Assembly: GCA_001775955.1 (NCBI GenBank)
Contig: MEZD01000016.1
Span: forward strand, 838-49,041
Direction of reading: 5' to 3'
Length of the DNA: 48,204 bases
From: Candidatus Bathyarchaeota archaeon RBG_13_38_9
Lineage (GTDB): Archaea; Thermoproteota; Bathyarchaeia; 40CM-2-53-6; RBG-13-38-9
Shown: one piece after another, positions 1-8,848 of the stretch
How the letters are laid out: every line of letters starts with the position of its first letter
How positions within the stretch are numbered: position 1 is the stretch's first letter
Made by a program: the position numbers and the translations under genes
Notes under the pieces: model-generated
Told to the model about the DNA's origin: nothing
What the model saw: the letters and a program-made list of their open reading frames with translations, nothing else
The model's database searches: none

Positions 1-936
1 ATTTATTGAACTATTTAATTGATTTACCCATTGTAAACTGCCATTTAATATGAAGCCCCGGTCAAGAGGTAGAAAATTCACATTAACACCAACACCTTTG
101 CCGACAATATAGGTTGTTTGACTTAATGTAGGAGAATATGCGAAACCTGTTGTGGGAAAATACCCTGCTGATCCTTCAAGACGATATTCACCAGCATAAA
201 GTCCTGTGACATTAAAGAAGCCAGTGTTATTATCAACAAATCCTCTACCAATCATTCCTGTATGTACTTCAATTGCGTAAACTATGCCTTTTGTATCGAT
301 GATTATCGGAGTCAGAGGTTGTTCATCTCTAATAAATCCGAAGATATGACTTGGATCCTCTCTCATGCTAACGTGTACCTGAGTAATATTAGTGAGTGTA
401 CTTGGCGAGGAGAAATTAGGTTTGCCGTAATCGGGGGAAGAAATGTCATTATTCCAATCTGGTGTGATATAGACGGTGATGTTGTAAATACCTGATATTT
501 GTGGAGCCCTAAGTCCCTCTAAAAAGACGAATTTCGGAGGTGTGAATGGAAGATATATGGGGGGTTCGACAGTGATATTAGTACAGGTGTATTCTGGAGG
601 TTTTTGTATAGTTATATTGTAAGGGGCATTCTCGTTGTAAGGATAATATTCTGATGTGTCGTTTATTGTATAATAATAGTAGTCACTTGATATGTCTGAC
701 CTAATAAAGTAGGTATCGTTATTTAATTGGCGATTACTCTTTGAAATTACTCCCTCAAGGAATTCTCTGGGTAATTCTATTCTGACTGCAACTCCAGGTT
801 CATCTATACTAATATTGATGTCACCATTGGTTTCAAAGAACATACCCCAACCTTCAGTCGGTTTAAGCTCGGGTTGCCCAACAACTTTAGAAATAGGGAT
901 TGAATTGAGCATAAACGATATTACAAGGACGAGCAT
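1..936 (-). CDS. Secreted, sequon-rich surface protein, partial (3' end lies beyond nt 1)
   Basis: The minus-strand frame is open from 1017 down to nt 1; I checked every in-frame triplet. It is missing from the ORF track only because its stop is outside the window. Start is ATG at 936, or in-frame TTG at 969, which gives a better signal peptide (M)DTNRCVKLVLMLVLVISFMLNSIPISKVVGQP. Many N-x-S/T sequons. GFFNVTGLYAGEYRLEG resembles a carboxypeptidase-regulatory-like beta-sandwich. Confidence 0.7.
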   Translation of the reverse strand, partial: MLVLVISFMLNSIPISKVVGQPELKPTEGWGMFFETNGDINISIDEPGVAVRIELPREFLEGVISKSNRQLNNDTYFIRSDISSDYYYYTINDTSEYYPYNENAPYNITIQKPPEYTCTNITVEPPIYLPFTPPKFVFLEGLRAPQISGIYNITVYITPDWNNDISSPDYGKPNFSSPSTLTNITQVHVSMREDPSHIFGFIRDEQPLTPIIIDTKGIVYAIEVHTGMIGRGFVDNNTGFFNVTGLYAGEYRLEGSAGYFPTTGFAYSPTLSQTTYIVGKGVGVNVNFLPLDRGFILNGSLQWVNQLNSSIN

Positions 937-1088
937 CAGGACTAGTTTAACACATCTATTTGTGTCCAACCTGACCCCGCCTCCAGTAAAGTCTATAGTA
1001 AATTGGCTATTGATTGTCTAAATTACACAGATACTATGAATGGACAGTGTGTCCTAGTCCTATTGATTTTCAAATATGCGGTCGGATA

Positions 1089-1247
1089 TCATCTCCGATG
1101 TTTCTTGATCCAAGTTTTTAAAGCCTCTTCAACGACTGCGGATACCGTTTTGCCGTTTTTGATGGCTTCGATCTTTGCTTCTTTCCATAGATCTGGGTCG
1201 ACCTTTATCGAGGTCGCTTCTCTGAATATTGTTTCTGATCTAGACAT
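1089..1247 (-). CDS. Ribbon-helix-helix (CopG/Arc/MetJ-like) small DNA-binding protein, 52 aa
   Basis: Not in the ORF track (<60 aa). ATG 1247 to TGA 1089 gives MSRSETIFREATSIKVDPDLWKEAKIEAIKNGKTVSAVVEEALKTWIKKHRR. A short beta-strand (SIKVD) followed by two helices is the RHH pattern. The + strand ORF 1003..1263 over it has no recognisable features. Confidence 0.65.
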   Translation of the reverse strand: MSRSETIFREATSIKVDPDLWKEAKIEAIKNGKTVSAVVEEALKTWIKKHRR

Positions 1248-1356
1248 ACTCATTCACATCTAGAAATTCATAATATGGTAGTATTAACATATTGTGTTAA
1301 GGTGGTATATATGACACATAATTACACTTACAATAATAGTGTAATCTAGAAATTTT

Positions 1357-1373
1357 AAAAAAAAAAAGGGGGG
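1357..1373 (-). terminator. Oligo-T terminator of the pilin gene (C6 T11 on the minus strand)
   Basis: The plus strand shows A11 (1357-1367) then G6 (1368-1373), beginning 5 nt after the pilin stop codon (1379-1381). Archaeal intrinsic termination uses oligo-T tracts. An 8-bp inverted repeat attacact/agtgtaat (1321-1345) lies just beyond. Confidence 0.6.
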
Positions 1374-1378
1374 TGAGA

Positions 1379-1810
1379 TTATTGTGCTGAACCGTTGATT
1401 AGTGAGAAAGTGAAAACTCCACCAGTCTTAGTTACGCATTTTGCAGTGTAAGCAACTCCAGATGTATAACTACCCGAAGGAGTTACCGTTACTAAAATCA
1501 CAGGTCCTTGCACAGGAAGTGTTGTACCCATGTTCGTTGATGCCATATCTCCTCCTACGTACACTGCGTCTAACTCAACTTCAGAGTTGCCGACGTTTCT
1601 CATGTACAAATTGATTACACCACTAGTAGCGTTCCAGGAATAAGCGTCAACAATGACTTGTTCTCTTGTCTGACCTCCTCCACCAGTAGTCAGTGTACCA
1701 ATCAATCCCATGCTCCACACGTAGACTAGGATAGCGGCTGCAACAGCGATAGCAATCATAAGTAGAACAGCAATAACTGGTGAGACACCCTTCTCGTTAT
1801 TATTCTTCAT
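1379..1810 (-). CDS. Type IV pilin-like protein (probable major pilin), class-III signal peptide
   Basis: ORF 1379..1864. Preferred start is ATG 1810, with GGGGGTGA 9-10 nt upstream. The N-terminus MKNNNEKG|VSPVIAVLLMIAIAVAAAILVYVW matches the archaeal prepilin cleavage motif ([KR]G|[VA][ST]P + hydrophobic helix). The body is small and Gly/Thr/Val-rich. Confidence 0.8.
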   Translation of the reverse strand: MKNNNEKGVSPVIAVLLMIAIAVAAAILVYVWSMGLIGTLTTGGGGQTREQVIVDAYSWNATSGVINLYMRNVGNSEVELDAVYVGGDMASTNMGTTLPVQGPVILVTVTPSGSYTSGVAYTAKCVTKTGGVFTFSLINGSAQ

Positions 1811-1864
1811 ATGTTTATTCACCCCCATTTTACTCGTTTGTTTTTTTCGGAAACACAGGACCAT

Positions 1865-2236
1865 TGTTTATTCATTTTATTTAAGATCCTATTTTTCCTA
1901 TGCAATAATGGTAGTTTAATTATGATATTTAATATCGGTGTAACGAATAAATGATTAAAATAGTTACAGAATTAATCCTATAATATATTATAATATTATT
2001 ATTAATTACAAAGATGTTACAATATTAATTAATAATAAAATAACTATGAAGCACCTATGTATTTTATTATGCGTATTAGATGTTATAATAGGTGATACAT
2101 AGATGAAACATGTATGCTATGTAACATAATAAATAATAATAAAAAATAATTAAAATTTTAATAATTAACTATAATTCCAAAAGAAATATACCACAACCAT
2201 TATAGGTAATTCAACAAGATGATACTTTGAATATTA
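1865..2236. promoter_or_regulatory. Extremely AT-rich divergent promoter region between the two pilin genes
   Basis: About 370 bp with no ORF lie between the minus-strand pilin gene and the plus-strand pilus operon. There are many TATA-like runs (tataatat, ttataata, aataataat). Exact TATA/BRE positions cannot be fixed by eye. Confidence 0.45.
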
Positions 2237-2737
2237 ATGCACAAATTAAAATCATTTAGAAATAAGAAAGCTGTTAGTACAGTAATTGCTACATTACTAA
2301 TGATTAATGTCGCTGTTGTTTCAGGAGTTTTAGTTTACACTTGGACTCAGGGAGTGCTAGGCGAGTATACTTCTGGAGCAACATCATATTTTCATGATAG
2401 AGGAGAGACTATGCGTGAAAAAATCGCGATGGAAAATTTAAGGTATGAAAATACTACAAATTACAAATTGAACATAACAATAAGGAATACAGGAACCAAA
2501 GATGTTTGGATAGCAGCTATTTATGTTAATGGGACAGATATAATTTCTGGAGTTAATGCTACTTGGGATGGGAATCAAACAGTTTCACCTGTTGACGGGA
2601 AATATCATCTACTTGTAGCTCATGCTCTGACTTTCGCTTTTTCGGATCCAGGATACAATCAAGATGACATCATGCACGTCACCGTTGTTACATCTGAAGG
2701 ATGTAAAATTTCAGAATATTGGAAGGCGACTTGGTAA
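2237..2737 (+). CDS. Pilin-like protein with class-III signal peptide
   Basis: MHKLKSFRNKKA|VSTVIATLLMINVAVVSGVLVYTW shows a prepilin-type cleavage site plus a hydrophobic N-terminal helix. First gene of the operon. Confidence 0.75.
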   Translation: MHKLKSFRNKKAVSTVIATLLMINVAVVSGVLVYTWTQGVLGEYTSGATSYFHDRGETMREKIAMENLRYENTTNYKLNITIRNTGTKDVWIAAIYVNGTDIISGVNATWDGNQTVSPVDGKYHLLVAHALTFAFSDPGYNQDDIMHVTVVTSEGCKISEYWKATW

Positions 2738-2738
2738 A

Positions 2739-3770
2739 ATGAAGAAACAAAAAATCTCAAAGATATTATTCAAAGGCAGGAAAGGTGTAAGCGGAGCAAT
2801 CAGTGGCATATTTGTGATCTTAATTTGTTTTCTTGCGATAGGTGCAATATTCGTTTTCGCAATAAGTCAGGACAGATACAATCAAGTTGTAAATGAAAGG
2901 AATCGCATAGAATGGGAAATTCAAAATGAAAAATTCACAATTACGCATGCTCAAAGAAATGATAATGGCACTTTGAATGCAACTATATTCAATTTCGGTG
3001 GTATGACAGCTCATTTTGTTGACATATGGGTGACAATGAAAAACGGAACAAGCAATGAATCCTTGCAGAAATTATACAAAGTTAATTATTACATAAATCC
3101 AGCTGCAGAACTATCTGAAATTGGAGCTCAAAATGTAACTCTACTACCAAGTGGCCAAGAAGTTTCATGCATCAACCTTACAGAACCAGTCGTTGCAAAC
3201 ATAAACTATACAATAAAGGTAGTTTCTGAAAGAGGAAATGTAGCGAGTTACCTGTTAGAATATGTTTCACCTGATGAGGAAAGTGAAGGACCACCGGTAG
3301 CATTCTCTTTTGGCTCGATGGAAATCAATTGGGTAAACCCTAACAGTGAACCTGACTGGCATCCAGCATTTATAGAAAAAGGCAGTTTAGACTCACATGT
3401 CAGAGTAAATGAAGATCTATATTTCCGAGCGAAATTCACTAATGTTTGGAATGAACCGCTAAACATCTCACAAGGCAGTATTTTATTCCAAATATGTGCA
3501 GCACCAAGTAACCTCAAAGTGTTTAGTTTTGGTGGTCTGAAATACGCTGGACCGCAAATATGGGAGCCAGGTGTAGAAGTTACAATGGTATACAAATGTG
3601 ATTCTTGTACCTGGTCTAATGTTAATGAACTCGATGCATTATTTCCAGGTGGCGTTAATAAAGTTCCTTTTCTAGGTAGTGCAGCTTTTACTTCAGACAA
3701 AGAACCACAAGTGGATGACTACTTTTCATCAGCGATACTAATGGATGGACTACTCGTTTACAAAAACTAG
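2739..3770 (+). CDS. Large pilin-like / pilus accessory protein with class-III-like signal peptide
   Basis: The track ORF starts at 2664 but overlaps the upstream gene. ATG 2739 lies 1 nt after the upstream TAA. MKKQKISKILFKGRKG|VSGAISGIFVILICFLAIGAIFVF has a basic n-region, G at -1 and a TM helix. The body is sequon-rich and presumably extracellular. Confidence 0.7.
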   Translation: MKKQKISKILFKGRKGVSGAISGIFVILICFLAIGAIFVFAISQDRYNQVVNERNRIEWEIQNEKFTITHAQRNDNGTLNATIFNFGGMTAHFVDIWVTMKNGTSNESLQKLYKVNYYINPAAELSEIGAQNVTLLPSGQEVSCINLTEPVVANINYTIKVVSERGNVASYLLEYVSPDEESEGPPVAFSFGSMEINWVNPNSEPDWHPAFIEKGSLDSHVRVNEDLYFRAKFTNVWNEPLNISQGSILFQICAAPSNLKVFSFGGLKYAGPQIWEPGVEVTMVYKCDSCTWSNVNELDALFPGGVNKVPFLGSAAFTSDKEPQVDDYFSSAILMDGLLVYKN

Positions 3771-3830
3771 TTGATTCTTAGAACGAAATATGATGGCTTA
3801 AAATAATTCGGGGAAATTGAGGAAATCAAT

Positions 3831-5567
3831 TTGGAAGATTCAAAAATTAAATCCTTTTTAAATTTTAAAATCTCAAAAGATCAAATCAAAAAATTAAATA
3901 TTAACAAAGAATTATTTCAAAAACTGAAATCATCTTTTGAATTTCCAAACAGAGGAAAAAATAATTTAGTTAATGCTAAAATTGACAATACAACCATTTT
4001 CGCAAACGTTGATCTCACCGAATCTTCAAAGACTGAAACAACTGAAGATACTACTGTAGTTGCATCAAGACTGATAAAAGATGGGGTAGCTCCATCATTC
4101 AAAGAGATATACCCACTCAAACCACCTCATGTGTTTGCGGCCATATCAACAGATCCAGAAACACTCAGTTCAAGGTATCACGTATTAGAACCAATATTGA
4201 TACCAGAGGAAAAAATAGCTCTTGAAAAGATCAAATCAATAATGTTCGAAATAATAGATGTAAATCTAAATTCAATTGGAACAAGGGAAAAAGCAGAAGA
4301 ATGGCTAAGAGATTATGTAAAAAAAATAGTCATAGGATATAAAATAGAAATTGGAGAAGGATCACTAGATAAAATAGAATATTACTTAGCAAGAGATCTC
4401 ATAAATTATGGAAAGATAGACGCGTTAATGCACGATCATATGATAGAAGACATCTCATGTGACGGTCCACAAGTACCCCTCTACATTTGGCATAGGAAAT
4501 ATGAGTCCCTACCAACCAACGTCATATTCGAAAATGCTGATGAACTTGATCCATTTACGGTTAGACTAGCATACCTCTCAGGGAAACACATAAGCATAGC
4601 AAATCCCATGCTCGACGCAAGCCTAACAGATGGAAGCCGAATACAACTAACCTATGCTAAAGAAGTCACCAGAAAAGGTAGTACATTTACTATCAGAAGA
4701 TTTAGAGCAGATCCTCTAACCGTAACAGACCTAATAGATTTTAATACATTTAATTCACTCATGGCTGCTTGGTTCTGGCTCATTATAGAGAGAAAAGCAA
4801 ACATACTAATTGGAGGCGGAACAGCCTCAGGCAAAACAACATGCTTAAACTCCCTTTGTGCATTTATCCCAACATACGACAAGATTGTAACCATTGAAGA
4901 TACAGCAGAGATGAATCTACCAAACGAAAACTGGATCTCATCTATAGCAAGAATAGGATTCGGCTCAAGTGGAACTGCCGATATCAATCTCTTTGATTTG
5001 TTAAAAGCTGCAATGAGACAGAGACCTGACTATGTGATTGTAGGTGAGGTAAGAGGCAACGAGGCTTTCACTCTTTTCCAAGCTATGGCAACAGGCCACG
5101 GAGGATTATCAAGCATCCATTGTGATTCTATATCATCAGCACTAAACAGGTTAGAATCTGAACCAATGAATATCCCAAGAACTTTACTAACAATTCTGGA
5201 TGCGGTTGTTCTTCAATCTAAAGTTAGACTTGCTGACCGTGTCACCAGACGAATAAAAAGCATAGTAGAGATTGTAGAGATGGATCCAGTCTCAAAAGAA
5301 ATAATCACAAATGAAGTCTTCAGATGGGATCCAAAAACTGATATCTTCGAATATTCAGGCAAAAGTATCCTCTTAGATAGAATAATGAAAGATTTCGGCC
5401 TCGGTAAGGATTACCTCTCAAAGGAACTAGAAAGACGAAGCAAACTTCTGGAATATATGCTCCACCACAAGATCAGGAAAGTCGACAAAGTTGGAAAAAT
5501 TATCAGCGATTACTATGCGGATCCTGAAGGAGTTAGTGAAAGGGTTAATCTGAGGTCAACAGGATGA
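3831..5567 (+). CDS. Type IV pilus/archaellum assembly ATPase (FlaI/PilB/GspE, T2SSE family)
   Basis: Walker A GGGTASGKTT, Asp/Walker B region RQRPDYVIVGEVRG, His box ATGHGGLSSIH. TTG start in the track. Long low-complexity N-terminus. Confidence 0.9.
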   Translation: MEDSKIKSFLNFKISKDQIKKLNINKELFQKLKSSFEFPNRGKNNLVNAKIDNTTIFANVDLTESSKTETTEDTTVVASRLIKDGVAPSFKEIYPLKPPHVFAAISTDPETLSSRYHVLEPILIPEEKIALEKIKSIMFEIIDVNLNSIGTREKAEEWLRDYVKKIVIGYKIEIGEGSLDKIEYYLARDLINYGKIDALMHDHMIEDISCDGPQVPLYIWHRKYESLPTNVIFENADELDPFTVRLAYLSGKHISIANPMLDASLTDGSRIQLTYAKEVTRKGSTFTIRRFRADPLTVTDLIDFNTFNSLMAAWFWLIIERKANILIGGGTASGKTTCLNSLCAFIPTYDKIVTIEDTAEMNLPNENWISSIARIGFGSSGTADINLFDLLKAAMRQRPDYVIVGEVRGNEAFTLFQAMATGHGGLSSIHCDSISSALNRLESEPMNIPRTLLTILDAVVLQSKVRLADRVTRRIKSIVEIVEMDPVSKEIITNEVFRWDPKTDIFEYSGKSILLDRIMKDFGLGKDYLSKELERRSKLLEYMLHHKIRKVDKVGKIISDYYADPEGVSERVNLRSTG

Positions 5568-6475
5568 TAAATAAGAAAGTCAATTATGATTTCATCGAAT
5601 TCCTTTCATTAGCACCATACCGACTTCTAGGAGAAAAAATCAAAAAATTTTCTGGAATATTCGCAGGATTACAGAATCAATTGATGAGAGCCGATATCAA
5701 AGTTGCACACGAAGCATATGTTGCCATGATATTATTCTTCACCAGTCTAGGAGGAATATCAATCTTTGCGATAACAATCCTTGCAAGCATAATTTCTGGA
5801 GCCACAATAATAACTGCAGTACTAGCTTCATCCATAATGGGATTAATAGGAACTACAATAATATTCATCACATTATTTTCCTACCCTTCAATGCAAGTTG
5901 GCAATAGAAAAAGAATCCTAGAGGAAGAGCTTCCATACGTCGCAAGTCACATGGCAGTTCTATCAAAAGCAAACATGCCACCTGAAAGAATTTTCAGATC
6001 AATCACAAAAGTTGAAGCTGCGGGCATGAAAAGCATAGCAGCAGAAGAAGCAAGAAACATCATCAGAGATGTCAATTTTCTCGGCTATGACATAATCTCT
6101 GCAATGGAGCGACGAGTAAGATACGCCCCTTCACCGAAATTCGTTGATTATTTAGATGGATTCATATCTGTTAGTCGAACAGGAGGAAGTCTAACATCAT
6201 ATTTTATGGCAACCGCCAAAGCACTCATGGATTCCTCTAGAATCGCTGCGAGACAACTGCTTGATACTCTAGGAGGAATTGCTGAAGCTTACATTTCTAT
6301 GATGGTAGTTTTTCCACTACTTGTCATAGTAATGTTATCAATTATGGGAATGATAGGTGGGAATCTTGGTGGATTTGGCATATTATTCCTCATGCAGCTT
6401 ATGACATACTTGGCTATTCCAGCATTAGCATTAATTCTTCTATTATTGTTAGATTCAATCATGCCCCCAAGGTGA
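5564..6475 (+). CDS. Pilus platform membrane protein, first half (single T2SSF domain; FlaJ/TadB-like)
   Basis: Polytopic protein with a cytoplasmic T2SSF-like segment (LPYVASHMAVLSKANMPPERIFRSI...GYDIISAMERR). ATGA overlap with the ATPase gene. Confidence 0.8.
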   Translation: MINKKVNYDFIEFLSLAPYRLLGEKIKKFSGIFAGLQNQLMRADIKVAHEAYVAMILFFTSLGGISIFAITILASIISGATIITAVLASSIMGLIGTTIIFITLFSYPSMQVGNRKRILEEELPYVASHMAVLSKANMPPERIFRSITKVEAAGMKSIAAEEARNIIRDVNFLGYDIISAMERRVRYAPSPKFVDYLDGFISVSRTGGSLTSYFMATAKALMDSSRIAARQLLDTLGGIAEAYISMMVVFPLLVIVMLSIMGMIGGNLGGFGILFLMQLMTYLAIPALALILLLLLDSIMPPR

Positions 6476-7341
6476 CCCACATGCTAATGATGAGAGTTTC
6501 TAAGAGAGACAAGAAGTTAGTCAGCATAATCGCTGTAGCTCTAGGATTAACTCAAATTGTGACATTGCTCATAAATGAGTTATTTTTACAAGCTGACATC
6601 ATATTCAACACTGATCAACTAGTTTTTCTAGCACTCATTCTAGCACTATTCCCTCCAGCAATCATAAACCTTCTTGACATGCGATGGAGGATCAGTGTTG
6701 ATAAGAATATACCAGAATTTCTCAGAGAACTTTCAGAAGCTGGAAGAACGGGTGTCACACTTACTAGAGCTCTAGATTTGGCTTCAAAACGAAGATATGG
6801 TCCTTTATCATCTGAGCTTAAGCGAATCGTAAATAAATTATCATGGGGCGGAAATTTCACAGAGTCATTAAAAAATTTTGGAGAGAGAGTCGAAACAAAA
6901 CTTTCCAAAAGAACTTCGATTCTTTTGACTGAAATAAATCATTCGGGAGGAGACATAAAAGACGTTCTTGATACGGTAAGCAGACACATTAGAGAACTAC
7001 AAACAATAGAAGAAGAAAGAAGAAGCCAGCTCAGAACATACGTAGCAATTGTGTATATAGCCTTCTTCATCTTCATTTTTATAGACTACATTCTACTCAA
7101 AACATTCTTTGCAAAAATTGAATCCCTAAAAGAATCCCTAAGTGATGTAGGTGGTATGTTTCTTATGCAGGAACTTAGTTATGAAAATATTAAGACAATA
7201 ATGTTCCACATGGCAATAATGCAGGGACTTTTCGGAGGATTAATAGCTGGTAAAATGGGTGAAGGAGCTCTAGGTGCAGGTCTAAAACACTCATTGATTC
7301 TAATGATCATCGCATTCTTGATGTTTCTTTTCATAATGTAA
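6472..7341 (+). CDS. Pilus platform membrane protein, second half (single T2SSF domain; FlaJ/TadC-like)
   Basis: IPEFLRELSEAGRTGVTLTRALDLAS...LKNFGERV...SGGDIKDVLDTVSRHI is a T2SSF pattern flanked by TM helices. GTG 6472 overlaps the upstream TGA; an alternative ATG lies at 6481. Confidence 0.8.
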   Translation: MTHMLMMRVSKRDKKLVSIIAVALGLTQIVTLLINELFLQADIIFNTDQLVFLALILALFPPAIINLLDMRWRISVDKNIPEFLRELSEAGRTGVTLTRALDLASKRRYGPLSSELKRIVNKLSWGGNFTESLKNFGERVETKLSKRTSILLTEINHSGGDIKDVLDTVSRHIRELQTIEEERRSQLRTYVAIVYIAFFIFIFIDYILLKTFFAKIESLKESLSDVGGMFLMQELSYENIKTIMFHMAIMQGLFGGLIAGKMGEGALGAGLKHSLILMIIAFLMFLFIM

Positions 7342-7354
7342 AGGTGAAATTAAA

Positions 7355-8836
7355 ATGAACGGTAAAAAAACTATGATGGCTGAGAAATCAATTCTAGGAA
7401 TTGTAGATTATGATCCAGAATCATCTAATCTATCATCCAATCAATGTGATATCTCCATCTCTTATGATATTGATCTGAAAAGAGGAGTTTTCATCAAAAT
7501 TGGTAATGGACAATCATACTACATCGCTCAAGTTGTTGATGGACCATATTTCACGAAAGGTAGTATCAAATCAAGATACATAACAGAACTTGTTTCATTA
7601 ATAGAAAATGGGGTAGCAAAAGTAGTTCTAACTCGTCCAGCTCCAGGAACAAGTATCGAACCTATCAAAAGCGACATTGTTCAAAAATTCCTAGGAATTT
7701 CAGGAAATATGAGCATGGGGCACATCCTAACTGACGACAGTGTTGACGTTCTCATGGACACAGCAACGTTGAGTAGACATGTTGGAGTCTTCGGTACAAC
7801 TGGAAGTGGAAAATCAAATACTATACAGGTACTGATGGAAGAAGCATGCAACCGAGGATTCTCTATAATGATCTTCGACGTAGAAGGAGAATATGTAGAA
7901 ATGGATAAGCCCACAGACAGACTCCTAGATATATTAGCAAAGTTCGATCTAAAACCTACTGGAGCAAAAGATCTGGATGTATATGTACCTTATCCATGTG
8001 ACTGTAAAAGAGAAGATGCAACACGATTCGGGATCAGTTTCAAGGATGTAGACAAAGATGTCTTCTCAGAAGTTTCTGGCCTCAATAGAATGGAGCAACT
8101 CTATTTCCAAGATTTAATTGATAAGGTTAGGGCAGTAACCCCAGACTCAAAACCAGTGACACTAGAAGCAGTGATTAATCGTCTTATAACAAGATTGAAA
8201 GGCCAAACCGATCGTCCCACTATGCCTCCATTCATAGCAGAAGCACATACAACTCTATTTTCTAAATTGCGTCTCATGTCAGAGCAGAAAATAGTTGATG
8301 TGGATATCCCAATTATAAACATGGATAAGGTCATCCAACCTGGACGAGTATCTGTTATAGATGTGAGTGATGCATCTGATTATATCAGAAATGTTGTGAT
8401 GGCTGAATTACTTCATAATGCTTTCAAGTATAAGATTGCTCATCCAGAATCACCACCTTTACTAGCAGTCCTAGAAGAAGCTCATGCTTTCATAAGCAAA
8501 GAAAAAAGAGATCGAATGCTAGCTACTTTAATGTTAATTATCGAAGTGGCTAGACGAGGCAGGAAAAGAGGGCTATGTCTAGGAATAGTAACTCAACAGC
8601 CAGCGCACCTTCCATCAGAACTTTTGGAATTGTGTAACACCAGAGTAATTCACAGAATGAGCTCAGTCACCAATATCAACTGTCTAAAAGAATCTACTGG
8701 AAATGTCCCTGAAGGAATGTGGAATACTATACCATCATTAGGAGTAGGAGAGAGTATACTTTCTTCACATAAGTACACTAGGGCACTCGCGATACAAGTG
8801 AGACCATCAGTCTCAAAGAGAATATCAACAGATTAG
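7355..8836 (+). CDS. HerA/FtsK-class P-loop ATPase (DUF87/HerA-like)
   Basis: HAS-barrel-like N-terminus (GQSYYIAQVVDGPY), Walker A HVGVFGTTGSGKSNT, FDVEGEY, Walker B LLAVLEEAHAF, arginine-rich RRGRKRGLCLGIVTQQP. GGTGA motif 8 nt upstream of the ATG. Confidence 0.85.
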   Translation: MNGKKTMMAEKSILGIVDYDPESSNLSSNQCDISISYDIDLKRGVFIKIGNGQSYYIAQVVDGPYFTKGSIKSRYITELVSLIENGVAKVVLTRPAPGTSIEPIKSDIVQKFLGISGNMSMGHILTDDSVDVLMDTATLSRHVGVFGTTGSGKSNTIQVLMEEACNRGFSIMIFDVEGEYVEMDKPTDRLLDILAKFDLKPTGAKDLDVYVPYPCDCKREDATRFGISFKDVDKDVFSEVSGLNRMEQLYFQDLIDKVRAVTPDSKPVTLEAVINRLITRLKGQTDRPTMPPFIAEAHTTLFSKLRLMSEQKIVDVDIPIINMDKVIQPGRVSVIDVSDASDYIRNVVMAELLHNAFKYKIAHPESPPLLAVLEEAHAFISKEKRDRMLATLMLIIEVARRGRKRGLCLGIVTQQPAHLPSELLELCNTRVIHRMSSVTNINCLKESTGNVPEGMWNTIPSLGVGESILSSHKYTRALAIQVRPSVSKRISTD

Positions 8837-8848
8837 AGGAATGAATTA

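Noticed and set aside
1089-1247. RHH protein as the antitoxin of a type II toxin-antitoxin pair
   Set aside because: No toxin-sized ORF (VapC/RelE/ParE-like) is adjacent on either side in either orientation. The next gene downstream is a large secreted protein with its own start.
262-1263. Track ORFs 262..495, 815..1021 and 1003..1263 on the + strand
   Set aside because: They lie antisense to better-supported minus-strand genes: the open secreted-protein frame 1-936/969 and the RHH ORF 1089-1247. They have no motifs and odd composition, so I treat them as shadow ORFs.
1865-2236. The extremely AT-rich 370-bp spacer as a replication origin
   Set aside because: I could find no ORB-like inverted repeats, and there is no orc1/cdc6 gene nearby. 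Its position between divergent genes is fully explained by two promoters.
2664-2738. N-terminal extension of ORF 2664..3770 (MTSCTSPLLHLKDVKFQNIGRRLGK)
   Set aside because: It overlaps the 3' end of the upstream pilin-like gene in another frame. ATG 2739 lies directly after the upstream stop and yields a proper class-III-type signal peptide.
3248-3700. Opposite-strand ORFs nested inside long conserved genes (e.g. 2820..3014, 3248..3700, 3917..4120, 4652..4987, 5677..5871, 6615..6908, 7681..7914, 8101..8334, 8833..9069, 9487..9774, 14391..14768, 16071..16373, 18730..21219 series, 35571..35867, 37855..38162, 38353..39448 series, 40040..40462, 40933..41517)
   Set aside because: Each sits fully within a CDS with strong family motifs on the other strand. 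Their translations are low-complexity or Ser/Ile/Leu-rich, typical of antisense frames in AT-rich DNA.
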